A stretch of DNA of 64,000 nucleotides from Phoronis australis (taxonomy: Eukaryota > Animalia > Phoronida): assembly GCA_002633005.1 (NCBI GenBank), contig NMRA01000675.1, forward strand, positions 13,171 to 77,170. Direction: 5' to 3'. Below, one piece after another: positions 13,256-26,649 of the stretch; the first letter of the stretch is position 1, and each line of letters starts with the position of its first letter. The translations under genes were made by a program, and so were the position numbers. The notes under the pieces were generated by a model. It made no database searches. It saw only the letters and a program-made list of their open reading frames with translations, and had not been told where the DNA came from.

Positions 13256-14399
13256 AATAATGTTAAAAGGAAGTCAACCACCTAGAAAAAATGAAATGAT
13301 ATGATCTGAATTGTGGGCCAAAATTATGAAATCGCGGTATTCATGACTCCAAAGGTTTGCAAATAAACAAATTCACCAATTCAACTATCCTCGCAAGTCC
13401 GAGAGACCATTAGTTCGAAAGCTAAAAATTCGAAATTTCATGTTACGAGGTTCTGAACAGTGATTCCGAACAAAATGTTTGGAGATTTGTAAGCACGAGC
13501 CTCCCTGGAACCAATTCTTCCAAGAGCCATTGCCTTGGTAAAGCAACAAAACAAAGTTTGACAAAGTGCACTGAACTGTCGCTTTTATTAACATTTTCAA
13601 CTTTTGGAATACAGCCACTAAAATTTTGTTGCTCCTCTGTCGTTGAGGTTTGAATCACTGGCTTCTGGTATCTTTAATTGTCGAACTGTTTTCGAACTAT
13701 TAAGCTTTTTGTCGAGTTTGTGAACCCGCGGCCCGATAGGGCTTTTTGTAAACATTTTCGTTTGTCGTATAACGGGCACACATTTGAAAACCTTAAAGGT
13801 ATTGAGCTTGACATTGTTTAATGCAGTATGAAACCCAAGCAACAACAGTTTACCTTCATAATTTTCGTCTGAAGAACTGCTTCGTCCGTTTTGGTTATTC
13901 GAGGATCGCAGCGTATTGCTGGGGTATGGGTACTGAGTGTAAACACACAAATCGAGTATTGAAAAAATTTACAAACAATCGCCAAATCAACTGTTTTCAA
14001 TTTCTCACACGCGGATCAATTGAAAATCCTTATCCTTACTCCGCCAGAAATTGATACCGGGAACCACAGCCTAGCTCCATCCCGTTGTGGCATCTGTACA
14101 GGAATTTAAATAATGACATTCAGCATAAATTTAGTGACTTCGAACGTCAGTTGGATTAATTGGTGATGTTTTTAGGTTTGTTAGGACTGGTATCAGTATT
14201 TAATTGGAATTTTTGGCGCGATTAGAATGTGTGTTTGCAACAACGTTAATGCACAAGAAAAGCAACAAACGTCTAGTCCAAGCGAATGAAACTACAACTG
14301 ATAGATGGACAGATCTACAGTCTATCTATTGGAATAAATGAGCGTCATCACGGCCAAAGCATTGATATATGAGGAGAACCCAGAGTAAGTACAACTAAA

Positions 14400-14672
14400 A
14401 TACAGCTAACACTAGAAATGTATTTCAACGACCTGGACAGCACAGTGTTGTAACAGGTGGAGAACTGTAACTGCACGTGACAGCCAATTCAAAATGTTAT
14501 CAATAACGAAAGTAACGCACCTCAGTCGTGCCTTGTGTATCGGGTAAGACAGCATCTCATGACGTACGCCCTCAAGGAAGAAGTAATTTCCTGGATTTTT
14601 TACTTTTCCTATTCTGGTGCCATTACATGGTGACGGTTCAGTGACATTTTTGTTCACTGCCAGTGGTGGCAA
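14400..14672 (-). pseudogene. LRR-CT plus transmembrane-like segment of the array unit (exemplar copy)
   Basis: ORF 14412-14672 reads KNPGNYFFLEGVRHEMLSYPIHKARLRC-VTFVIDNILNWLSRAVTVLHLLQHCAVQVV. The same frame is open in copies at ~6.3, 20.0 and 26.5 kb, and continues FKCWLYF in the consensus, like a TLR juxtamembrane region. Confidence 0.5.
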
Positions 14673-14834
14673 GGACAGCGTCCTGCTACTTCGGATGCTA
14701 CGTGGCCCTAGAAAGTGTCCACATTTCTCTAATATTAAAGGTTGATATCTTAGAAATAGCAGTTCAGATTTTTGTAAAATCTCCCATGTAATGGTCTACT
14801 GGTCAGCCAATAGTTTGACGAAAGAACAAGTCCC

Positions 14835-15820
14835 TGAACAAGAGCAAAGTGGAGCGTTGAAATGCTCCCACGAATGCATCGCAAATGGTGTGCTTTTAGG
14901 GTTATTTATTTGTATCATAAAAATGACCATTAGATGGCGCAAAAACGTACGGTCCATCCAAAAACGGGAACATGACATATTTCATAAACATCTGTCAAGT
15001 AACTTCAGAGAAACAAAGGGAAACAGAATAACATGAAATTGCCACTTGTGGGCACAGCGTTCGTTGATTCCGCCTGAAAGTCGTCATCTGTTTTTATCTT
15101 CATATAAATACACTTACTAAATTTAATAAAGGTCCTGAAGTGGGTTTATAAGATATAGCTATGGGCGCTAAACAAAACATAACTACCACTAGGAGGCGCT
15201 ATACTAGTCAGTTGCCATCGCACTAAAAACATATACATGTACATTGTACGCCAATTTTCAGAACTATCCCTAGAATGATTTCGTTGATAGAGGGGCGGAC
15301 GCCAAAAACAAGAATTGAAAACAGCAAAAATGGCCACTAGGTCGCGCAAAATACCTCAATTCCATCCAAAAACATAAATGCCTGTATTCACAACTTTATG
15401 AAACAAATCTCTTGAGGACCTTTGAAGGTAAAGACTGGTAAACGTAAAAAACTAAAATTGCCACTAGGGGGCACTTCAGTAGTCATTTCCGTCCGAAAGT
15501 CGTCGCCGTCCGTTGTCAACATCTTATAAATACACTCGCTAAATTAAGTAAAGATCCTGCAAACGGTTTAGGAGATACAGTCATGAGCGCAAAAAAAACA
15601 AAAGTGTAACTAGGAGGCGCCACAGTAGTCAAAGTCGTCGGAAAATCATCGTCAGCCGTCCACTTTATAGTAAAAACATACATGCCAATTTTCACAATTA
15701 TCCTGAAAGCGGTTTTGTTGATAGATGACTGGACGCCAAAACATACTCGGAAACAGTAAAAATGGCCATTAGATGGCGTAAACTAGGTCGAATCCATCTG
15801 AAAACGGAGATATTGCGCCC
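14835..15820 (+). mobile_element. HINE/pearl-type element (interrupted)
   Basis: AACAAGAGC start; CCACTAG-type core repeats at ~15041, 15187, 15334, 15461, 15609 and 15766; same family as 8717-9548. Confidence 0.65.
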
Positions 15821-17589
15821 CTTTAAGAGTTTTGACTTGCCCTGGTGTTCACTAGAATCCGATTCAATAAACTTAAGAAGTTAATTTTTAGCTCTATTAC
15901 ACTAGTTAAAAAATATGTGCGTTTTCGTTTGCGAGAGTGTTCTTTTTGAGTCACTGGGATAATAATTTTTACGTTCTACATGAAAACACAGATTACTTTT
16001 TTAGGATGACATGTACCTGGTTACTCCGAAAATATTATTTTCCAATTTTTAACCATTGGAGTATACACGAAACGCCAAGTATTGTGTTCTTACGCCAAAG
16101 GGCTCGGAAGGCTCTAGCCTTGGTGAGAAGCTGTTTACAAAATTAAATATACAAACTTGCGCAGTTTTGGGTAAAAAATGACCGAATAAAATCTTCCTGG
16201 AGTAATCTAAATTATTTACCAGCGTTGCAAAAATTGGTTTTCTACAATTATTCTGCTGCTAAAATTATGGTGTGATCTTTTGCGTAGACTTTCGACGCAA
16301 TGAAATATTGCCCCACCAATTACCCAGTTTCTTTTTCCCAGATTCTTCAATCAACCGTTCTCCCTCGAGGTTCCGTAAGCGTCACGACAAATGATCAGAA
16401 TTGGTTTCACTTCATTATATGTTTTTGGAATTTTGATATCAGTGAGCAGAATTTTAGAACACGTTTTGCTGAGATGTTGTCACCATCTAATGGGAGATGT
16501 GGAAGACATTTTGAAAGTGGCGGGTGTCACGAATGAACTCTTTTCAAAACGTCGACATACGTTTTTTCGTTATAAAAGGCAGAGAATTACGCAAGAAGAT
16601 GTCGTCGGATGTTTTTCGCTTAAACGGCCGTAACGGGCAACTTGAATACCAATTGATTTCCAGAGTTTGTATGCACATCCGCCGGTCTTGATCTCATGTT
16701 GATACAAGCTTTTCGACGATGTGACAAGCGTAACTATCCGGGCTGTGTGAAGTTTCGAGGTCTGTTTGAGCTCAATACGCAGTGGCACCTTGCTGTATTT
16801 TGAAAATAGTCTTCATACAGCTAGCTGGCTAGATAAGAAGGCTCTAGCTTCTTAAAGATTTTTTACTGCAAAAGTGACAACAATTTCAGAATGATGATAG
16901 ATGATGGATGACACTATAAACCGACCACAGTCTTCCGTTTTCATGCGCCCAAGATTTAATATCGGCGCTATTTTCAAACCATTGTTTATGTTGTTCCTAA
17001 AATAAACTTGGGTTCTATTGCTGTACTAACATATTAAGAAATTATACAGAAATAAACAATAACTATCTGTGGTAAAGCGCAATCTATAGCGTGATGAAGT
17101 GATGATCAGGAGCAAAAACGGATGAGCGCCAATGCGTGCTGCTTGTTGAGCATTCCGCGGCATGAAAACACTTGAGGTCGTAGAATATCCAGTGTCGTAT
17201 TCTGATTTTTATGTAATTTTACTGTTAATTTCAAATTTCGTGCTTGTTTTTATGCATAATGTACTGTATAAAAATTCTCATATCTCAAGTTAGAAATTAT
17301 GCGTCCGCGATATCACTTAACGTTTGATTTTACCACGCCGTCATTAATTCAACATAAGGTTTTAGGCTGGTGTAAAGTCACGCACTTTGTATTTGTAGGT
17401 TGATTGGATTTTACCTCCTTTCAATAGTTGAACAAAAGTTGATAAACCGACGTCAAGACTGGAGTTGCCACTGGTAAACGAATAGCGAACATTTGAATGT
17501 TTGTTTGTCCAAAGTTCACCCGCTAAGTCATACAAGAGCAACGCAGAGCATTGAAATGTACGGTATCCTTCTAGGGTTGTTTATTGGTA

Positions 17590-17860
17590 CCATAAAGTGG
17601 CCAGTAGAGGGCATATATGTAGTATGTTGCGCTTTACAAAATGGAAAGGCATGGTCATTGTCTCCTCAATAGGCTAGGGGCAAAATGTGAGTGATCTTCG
17701 TAATACAAGCACATACTATACATCAGTTGGCTAAAGCACCACAGAAACATAGAATTAAAAACAAATTTACCAACATACGAGATTAGCACAGCATTAGAAT
17801 GCCAGAAACAAATTTCTACTTGGAACTTTTCCTTCACGAAGTAACACAAAGTATACACCT
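17590..17860 (-). pseudogene. TIR-domain relic
   Basis: SNAVLISYVGKFVFNSMFLWCFSQLMYSM resembles SRxVIxVxSxxFVxSxWCxxEL; it is followed by APSLL and HTTY / ALYWP, resembling TYLxWP. Confidence 0.5.
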
Positions 17861-17861
17861 G

Positions 17862-18972
17862 AAGACCTATGAAAATACAGAGGTCAATGTAAAATACTTA
17901 AATTGCCACTAGAGGCATACCGGTAGTCAGAATCATCTTAAAGTCGTCATCGTAGGATGTCAACATCACATAAATANACGCCGGACGCCGCCCGGACGGA
18001 CGTACGGACGGACGGACGGACGGAGATGACGGCATAATGGGTCCACATATAAAGATGTGGACCCATAAAAATGGTAATTGCCGACCAAGGACACGCTTAA
18101 TCCGAATTGGTCGTCTACGCTAGGCGACCACTTAGCCGAAACAAGTGCCAACCACAGAGGCGACTCAGCAGACGGCTCCTAGCCGACCGTTTTTGGTCGG
18201 CTGCTGGTCGCCTAGACGACCGGTCGACGACCAATTTATGACCGGTCGGACAAAAATTCGAGACGTGTACTGTAATCAGCAGATCCATTTATGCCATTAC
18301 TTATGAAAATAGGTTGAGGACGTTTGAACACACAGAGATAAACGTAAAAAAAATAAAATGGTTAGTAGGTGGCATACCAGTAGTCAGATCTGTCCGAGAG
18401 TCGTTGTCTTCCGTCGTCAACATCACATAAATACACTTACAAAATTTATTAAAGATCCTGTGAACGGTTTAGGACATGCAGCCATGGGCGCAAAAAACTG
18501 ATACTAGGAGGCGCTATAGTAGTCGAAGTCGTCGGAAAATCATCGTCATACATGCCAATTTCACATTCATCCTTTGAGCGGTTTGATTGATAGAGGGGTG
18601 GACGCAAAAAACAAACTCGAAGACACCAAAACATGGTCACTAGGTGGCGCAAACTAAGTCGAATCCATCTGAAAACGGAAGGTTAGCCTCACCTCACTGA
18701 TAGGTGCCTATGTACCAATTTTTATGAAAAACCGTTCAGGACTTTTGAAGTTACAGAGGTAAACGTAAAAAACTAAAATTGCCACTAGGGGTCACACCAA
18801 TAGTCGGCTCCTCCTGAAAGCTCGCTCATGCCGTCCCATCCACGAAAGAAACACATGTGCAAAACTTCCTGAACGTACGTCCAGGCCTTTCTGGAGCGGA
18901 CGCCGGACTCCGAACGGATGGCCGGAGATGACGGCATAATGAGTCCATATATAAATACGTTGGCGCATAAAA
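17862..18972 (+). mobile_element. composite HINE/pearl-type elements with (GGAC)n microsatellite
   Basis: CCACTAG cores, (GGAC)n at ~17990-18022, and conserved tails GGAGATGACGGCATAAT..CATATAAA..CATAAAAA ending at ~18070 and ~18972. Confidence 0.7.
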
Positions 18973-21900
18973 ACTATAATCAGGTTCGAAAGAAGTTAAT
19001 CCCCTGGAAACAATGAACCCATATGATCTGAATTGAAAACTACAAATGAAAGCAACTGTGGGCTGAAGGTATGACATTACGGAATTCATGGCTCCGAAAG
19101 TTTACAAGTCGACAAATACATAAATCCGAAGATCATCAAAAGTCTGAAAGAATATTAGTTGTTTTACTATCAGTTTGATAGGGCTGTTTTTAGAAACGTT
19201 TTTATTTGCCTGATAGGGTATTTTAAAAAATCATTCAACGTTACATAACTTGCCTTCAAGCTTGCGAACATTCGGAGTTTCGAACTCCATCTTATTTATA
19301 CTAATGGACTGTGACTTGCACGCTACTTCAAATATCCTTCTTAATTTTAGTCTTCGGTTGTTAATTTTCAGTCTTTCATGCTTCTTCTTCCGTCTTGGTT
19401 ATCCGTGAGTCGGATTGTATCGTTGTGGAGTGGGCATGGTAAGTAAATAAACGAAAATATCCATTAAATAAATTTACAAACAATCGATAAATCAACTATT
19501 GTTTTCAATTTGCCATTCGGAAACTAATTCCAAAATCCTTATCCCTGCCACGGTAGTAATCGATCACGGGAACCACTGTTCAGCTCCATTTTGATCTTGG
19601 CATTTGGAGAGGAATTCAAAAAACACAACTCAGTGACTTTGAACGTCCTTTGGATTTATTCATGCTGTGTTTCTTGATATACCAGGGTTGGTGTAAGTAT
19701 GTTAGTGCAATTGTTAGTCGGGATTAAAAAGAGTGTTAGCGTCAACGCTAATGTACCAGCAAGACAAGTAACAAACGCTTAATGCAAGCAAATGGTAATA
19801 GATATGATGGATGGAGAGCTTTATCTATTCGAAGTACATGTGCGTCATCGCAACCCAAACACTAATACTCGAGTACAACCTAATTATCTGGACACCATAC
19901 ATTTGTCACATGTGGGTAACTGTAACTCTGTCAGCCAGACAAAAATGTTATCAATAACGAAATTTACACACCTCTATCGCCCTTCATGTATCGGGTAAGA
20001 CAGGATGTCACTGTGCACGCCCTCATGTAAGAGGCAACTCCTGAGATTTTTTACCTTTACGACTCTGGCGTCATTTTGTGTTGGTGGTTTAGCGACATCT
20101 TGGCCGGGTGCACTGCCAGTTGTGTCAAGGTCCTGTATGACCATAGAAAAAACGTCAACATTTCTGTAACTTTGAAGCTTCAAAATCGTGTACATTTCCC
20201 CAACTTTGAAGTTTTATATCTCAGAAATAGCTGTCCAGATTTATGTAAAACTTCCAAATCCAAAGACTTAAACACCGTTCATAAAATGAATTCAAAATAA
20301 AATCATGATATTTTAGAACATTAATAGTTTTTTGAGATTACGTCTTGGAACATTTTCATCAAATGAAATTCGAACTTGTTATTGATACCGTTGTTTTGCT
20401 GTTACTGTGCTTTTCTTTTCTTTTTCGCTAAATTTTAGTTAAGGGAAATACTCTTGTTAGGCAATCATTATGAATATCAGACAAGTAAAAACCGAAATTT
20501 CAAAGTTTACTTGGGTTTCTAGTTTCCGATAATATAAACATTTAAGGAGTTAAAATATTTAATTATGNACGCCGGACGCCGCCCGGACGGACGTACGGAC
20601 GGACGGACGGACGGAGATGACGGCATAATGGGTCCACATATAAACATGTGGGCCCATAAAAATGGTAATTGCCGACCAAGGACACGCTTAATCCGAATTG
20701 GTCGTCTACGCTAGGCGACCACTTAGCCGAAACAAGTGCCAACCACAGAGGCGACTCAGCAGACGGCTCCTAGCCGACCGTTGTTGGTCGGCTGCTGGTC
20801 GCCTAGACGACCGGTCGACGGCCGGTCGTCGACCAATTTCCGACCGGTCGGACAAAAATTCGAGACGTGTGCTGTAATCAACAGATGCATTTATGCCATT
20901 ATTTATGAAAATAGGTTGAGGACGTTTGAACACACAGAGGTAAACGTAAAAAATAAAATTGTTAGTAGGTGGCATACCAGTAGTCAGATCTGTCCGAGAG
21001 TCGTTGTCTTCCGTCGTAAACATCACATAAATACACTTACAAAATTTATTAAAGATCCTGTGAACGGTTTAGGACATGCAGCCATAGGCGCAAAAAACTG
21101 GTACTAGGAGGCGCTATAGTAGTCGAAGTCGTCGGAAAATCATCGTCATACATGTCAATTTCACATTCATCCTTTGAGCGGTTTGGTTGATAGAGGGGTG
21201 GACGCAAAAAACAAACTCGAAGACACCAAAACATGGTCACTAGGTGGCGCAAACTAAGTCGAATCCATCTGAAAACGGAAGGTTAGCCTCATCTCACTGA
21301 TAGGTGCCTATGTACCAATTTTTATGAAAAACCGTTCAGGACTTTTGAAGTTACAGAGGTAAACGTAAAAAAACTAAAATTGCCACTAGGGGTCACACCA
21401 ATAGTCGGCTCCGCCTGAAAGCTCGCTCATGCCGTCCCATCCACGAAAGAAACACATGTGCAAAACTTCCTGAACGTACGTCCAGGCCTTTCTGGAGCGG
21501 ACGCCGGACTCCGAACGGATGGCCGGAGATGACGGCATAATCAGTCCACATATAAATACGTTTGCGCATAAAAACCATAATCAGGTTCGAAAGAAGTTAA
21601 TCCCCTCGAAACAATGAACCTATATGATCTGAATTGAAAACTACAAATGAGAGCAACTGTGGGCTGAAGGTATGACATAACGGAATTCATGGCTCCGAAA
21701 GTTTACAAGTCGACAAATAAATATATCCGAAGATCATCACAAGACTGAAAGAATATTAGTTGTTTTACTATCAGTTTGATAGGGCTGTTTTTAGAAACGT
21801 TTTTATTTGCCTGGTAGGGTATTTTAAAAAAATCATTCAATGTTACATAACTTGCCTTCAAGCTTGCGAACCTTGGGAGTTTCGAACTCCATCTTATTTA

Positions 21901-23169
21901 TACTAATGGACTGTGACTTGCACGCTACTTTAAATATCCTTCTTAATTTTAGTCTTCGGTTGTTAATTTTCAGTCTTTCATGCTTCTTCTTCCGTCTTGG
22001 TTATCCGTGAGTCGGATTGTATCGTTGTGGAGTGGGCATGGTAAGTAAATAAACGAAAATATTCATTAAATAAATTCACAAACAATCGATAAATCAACTA
22101 TTGTTTTCAATTTGCCATTCGGAAACTAATTCCAAATTCCTTATCTCTGCCACGGTAGTAATCGATCACGGGAACCACTGTTCAGCTCCATTTTGATATT
22201 GGCATTTGGAGAGGAATTCAAATAACACAACTCAGTGACTTTGAACGTCGTTTGGATTTATTCATGCTGTGTTTCTTGATATACCAGGGTTGGTGTTAGT
22301 ATGTTAGTGCAATTGTTAGTCGGGATTAAAAAGAGTGTTAGCGTCAACGCGAATGTACCAGCAAGACAAGTAACAAACGCTTAATGCAAGCAAATGGTAA
22401 TAGATATGATGGATGGAGAGCTTTATCTATTCGAAGTACATGTGCGTCATCGCATCCCAAACACTAATACTCGAGTACAACCTAATTATCTGGACACCAT
22501 ACATTTGTCACAGGTGGGTAACTGTAACTGTGTCAGCCAGACAAAAATGTTATCAATAACGAAATTTTCACACCTCTATCGCCCTTCATGTATCGGGTAA
22601 GACAGGATGTCATGGTGCACGCCCTCACGTAAGAGGCAACTCCTGGGATTTTTTACCTTTACGACTCTGGCGTCATTTTGTGTTGGTGGTTTAGCGACAT
22701 ATTGGCCGGGTGCACTGCCAGTTGTGGCAAGGTCCTGTATGACCATAGAAAAAACGTCAAAATTTCTCTAACTTTGAAGCTTCAAAATCGTGTACATTTC
22801 CCCAACTTTGAAGTTTTATATCTCAGAAATAGCTGTCCAGATTTATGTAAAACTTCCAAATCCAAAGACTTAAACACCGTTTATAAAATGAATTCAAAAT
22901 AAAATCATGATATTTTAAAACATTAATAGTTTTTTGAGATTACGTCTTGGAACATTTTCATCAAATGAAATTCGAACTTGTTATTGATACCGTTGTTTTG
23001 CTATTACTGTGCTTTTCTTTTCTTTTTCGCTAAATTTTACTTAAGGGAAATACTCTTGTTAGGCAATCATTATGAAAATCAGACAAGTAAAAACCGAAAT
23101 TTCAAAGTTTACTTGGGTTTCTAGTTTCCGATAATATAAACATTTAAGGAGTTAAAATATTTAATTATG
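17978..23169. repeat. near-identical 2.6 kb tandem duplication (17978-20567 and 20569-23169)
   Basis: Both copies start ACGCCGGACGCCG directly after an N (17977, 20568) and end TTTAATTATG, with only scattered SNPs and small indels. Confidence 0.95.
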
Positions 23170-23179
23170 TAAAAAAATA

Positions 23180-23900
23180 GATAAAATCGCATACTTGGCA
23201 ATAAAGTCCAATTAGCCTTCGAGGACGAATTTAACATACAGCTGTACATGAGCCGAAGTGAGTGTGTTTCATACTGTGAAGTAAACATTGAACAACATTT
23301 GGTTAGGAAAGTAAAGATGCCCCCACAAACTTGTAACTGAAGTGTAAACCATTTTAAATGCTTTTTTCTCATGGAAGTTGAACGGTAATACACTTTTCAA
23401 CTCTGTTGTCAGTCGTATTAGTGGTACTGCAGGAAATTTTTGATGCACTGTAGTAACCGGTCGTGACGTCGTGGTCCTGTATTGGACCCGTAAGGATGAT
23501 AAACCTTATATTGATGATGTCAACCAATCCACTTTCTGTCACCTGCTTTGCATCTTTAGTGTCAATCTTCCAAAATAAAAGCAAAAACCAACTGAAAAAA
23601 ATTATTCTTCCTATCTCATAAATTGCACGTTGTGGTCCTTGACTGGTAGTCTTTTCCAAAGGTGCTGTGTAATTTACTAAAAGCGTAGGTCACACTTGCC
23701 CGTTTAGCAGAGTTTGTTAGAAGCTTTCAAAATTTCCTCCAGATTTTTGAGGGTTGGCGATAAGTTACAAATCATTATTTTGTGTCAGAACTGGATGGAG
23801 TAAGTCGTTTTTAGTATGTGTAAGTAGACCAAAACAGAGTTTGGCATCCTTTTAATGGTAAACAAAGCCCAGCTATTTAACATATGACAAAGTCGCTCAA
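23180..23900 (-). pseudogene. TLR-like relic (LRR - LRR-CT - TM - TIR start)
   Basis: PTLKNLEEILKASNKL and YAFSKLHS (LRR); a diverged homologue of the array LRR-CT; WFTLQLQVCGGIFTFL (TM-like); YSCMLNSSSKANWTLLPSM (TIR box 1, YSSKDxxWV..LLPxL). Confidence 0.6.
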
Positions 23901-25221
23901 ATAAAATACAGCAACTAAGACTAAATGAAGTTCACTTTCGAGAAGGAATATACACAGGCGACACGAACTGAGAGCCTATAGTGTATTTCATGTTGACAAG
24001 ATCTAACAGTTATACAATTACCAACGCAATTTTTGAGAGACTGCACTGAAACCAGTTGTGAAACCTTGTACTTGAATAAAGACGTATTCCTGAAGTAGAT
24101 TTTTCACTTCGCTTTTCCGAATAAAACAAGTGATTGATGGCTCAAATGAGTACACATACATGTATGTAGTCAAAAGCGGTAACTGCCAGGATACTGATTT
24201 ACAGCTGAACGGCACCATACCTTTGGCCCTGGTGTCATTCGTGTTAGTGGTCCTTCTGCACTTTTGGTACACTGTAACTGCTCACGACGCCAGGTGCCGT
24301 GGGTAAATGTTACACTAGTCAGCAAAGTCCACTAGTTTGACGACTTGCCAAGTCGCTAAAAATTGCACAATAAGAAGTGATCAACCTTATATGACCTGAA
24401 TTGAAAACTTCAAGTGAGAAAGAATGTGTACAGAGTTTATATGAAATTAAGGTATTCATAGGTCGCAAGGTTTGCAAGTCTAAAAATCCACAAATCTGAA
24501 GACTTATCCACACAATTACGAAAACCCACCGAAGGTTATAAATTTGAACTTTCATGACACTAGGTTCCGAACAGTGATTTTGAGCAAAACGTTCAGGAAT
24601 TCATTTGCACACCGCTGCTTGAAACTAGTTCTTCGAAGAGCCAGTGTCTCTCAAAACGGGATCCAAACATGAAGTTGGGCGATTCACTGAGTTGCTATAG
24701 TTATTTACATGTTCGAAGTATGGTTTATCTCCGCCAAAATTTTGCTGCTTGGCTGTCGTTGACTTTGAATCGCTGGTTTCTGGCATCATAGACCTTCGTA
24801 CTAATTTTGAACTAACTAGTTTTTTCTTTCTTTCGGATTTGTGAATCTTCGGCCTTATAATGCCGTTTTATATATTTGTGGTACTATGAGAGTTTGAACT
24901 TGTGAACCTTTGGAGTATCGAGCTGTACCCTATTTATAATAATTCAGTACGACACGCAAGCAACGTTAGGTTACATAAACCCCCTGTTACATTATCTTCT
25001 TAATTTTTGTCTTCCACCTTTCTTCCGTCTTGGTTATCCGTGGGTCGCAGCTTGTCGTTTATGTAAGGGTATGGCGTGCAAATAGACAAATAACTTGCAG
25101 TAATGAAATTTACAGACAATCGGTAAATCAAATATTGTTTTCAAGTTGACACTTCGAGATTAATTGAAAAATCTACCAAGGCAGTTATCGAACACGGGAA
25201 CCATTGTTCTGATCCATATGT

Positions 25222-25903
25222 TGGGGGTCATCCTGATGTGTTCCCGTTTTATGTATATCGGGATTCTACATATGTACGTGTCCCGGGTTCGGTATGACCA
25301 GTTTTCATTGCATTGGACGGAGTTCTATGTGTCCTGGTGTGGTAGTTGTGATTGTTCCCCTGCAGAGACTGTCCTAGCTGCATGTATTTGAATGCCAATG
25401 TACTGGCACGTTAATCAGTGGATTAGCCGGATGCTTCATTCAAATACAAGCAAGCCGGACAATTTCTCCAGGAGGACAATGGCTACTTTCACACCGAGTT
25501 CTATGTGTCATTGGTCAGTGCTCGATGAGCCAAGAAAATTAACATACCCAATTTAGCCGTTTGCGACCTAGCCGATATCTCGAAAACTAAAGGCGCATTT
25601 TCAAGAAGTGAGCTAGCATTCCAAAATTCCAGGGGGCATTGCTTTATCTGACAACGTCCAGAATCCAATGCAACTAAGGAGAATGCATAAAAATAACACG
25701 TTACTTTGGTACTTGTTGAACTTATGTCCAAAACCAGGATCGAAGAGCACCTGACAACTGTCATGTGGGCCTAAATGGCAAGTGTTGCTAAAACTTGCAC
25801 ACTCGTCCGCTTAGCGTCTGGACTATTACGCAAAACACCGGGACACAAAAACCGGGGACAGATAGGATCCGGAGTCCATAAAACGGGACGCATGTTAGGG
25901 CCC
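25222..25903. mobile_element. MITE with ~60 bp imperfect TIRs
   Basis: Left TGTGTTCCCGTTTTATGTATATCGGGATTCTA..GTGTCCCGG mirrors right CCGGGACAC..TAGGATCCGGAGTCCATAAAACGGGACGCA; it sits inside an array unit. Confidence 0.65.
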
Positions 25904-25994
25904 TAGTTAGTATGTTAGTTCAGCAAGTCAAGTAATACACGTCTAGTGCAAGCTAATGATAATACGTTTGATAGATGGATAGATATATCCATTT

Positions 25995-25998
25995 AACG

Positions 25999-26033
<35 letters not shown>

Positions 26034-26365
26034 GATAATAATAAGGACAATTATAATGATAATGATGATAATGATGATAATGATGATAACGATGATAATG
26101 GTGATAACGATGATAACGATGACAATGACGATAACGACGACAATTACGATAACGATGACAATGAGGATAACGATGACGATGACGATGACAATGACGATGA
26201 CGATGACGATAATAATGATAATAATTCTAATAATTCTAATAATATCATTTATTGTACATGTAAGGCTTTGCTTACTCATACAGAAATACATAAATTCAAA
26301 TGTACATTCAGAGTATATACACGGAGAGCAGTTCTTCTCTTCAAGCCAATTATTCTTCTCAGTGA
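25995..26365 (-). mobile_element. 5'-truncated retroposon end with expanded trinucleotide tail and 10 bp TSD
   Basis: ATATCCATTT is duplicated at 25985-25994 and 26366-26375 around the insertion. The minus strand has AATAAA followed by an (ATT/ATC/GTC)n tail. Confidence 0.7.
25997..26225. repeat. compound (GAT/AAT/GAC)n microsatellite
   Basis: Directly visible; the source of the poly-Ile/Met ORFs in the track. Confidence 0.97.
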
Positions 26366-26649
26366 ATATCCATTTGAATAATGTGCGTCATCACGACCCG
26401 AACACTAATATATGAGTATAACCCAAAGTACAACTAGTGTAAAATACAGCCGACACTTAAAACATATACGTATTTCAACTACCTGTACACCAAACAGTTG
26501 CCACAGCCGGAGAACTGTAACGGCAATCAGCCAGACAAAAATGTAATTAGTGACAGAAGTTACGCACCTGTATCGTCCTTCATGTAACACATCGTCTCCT
26601 CACGGTGCGCGCTTTCAAGGAAATGGCCACAATCTGAAACAACAGGCCG

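Larger units (their letters stand above)
1345..26630 (-). repeat. degenerate tandem array of a ~1.9 kb unit (about 11-12 full or partial copies), probably TLR-pseudogene-derived
   Basis: The anchor CCCTAGAAAA..ACGTCTACATTTCTCTAAC..CAGAAATAGC recurs at ~1350, 3185, 5120, 6590, 9545, 10140, 11615, 14705, 20140 and 22740. Other anchors (TATGATCTGAATTGAAA, GAAGAGCCAGTGC, CTTCTTCCGTCTTGGTTATCC, GGAGAACTGTAACTG) recur in the same order. Partial copies lie at ~12940-14700 and ~24040-26620. Confidence 0.93.

Noticed and set aside
25953-26415. poly-Ile/Met/Thr ORFs
   Set aside because: They are translations of a trinucleotide microsatellite.
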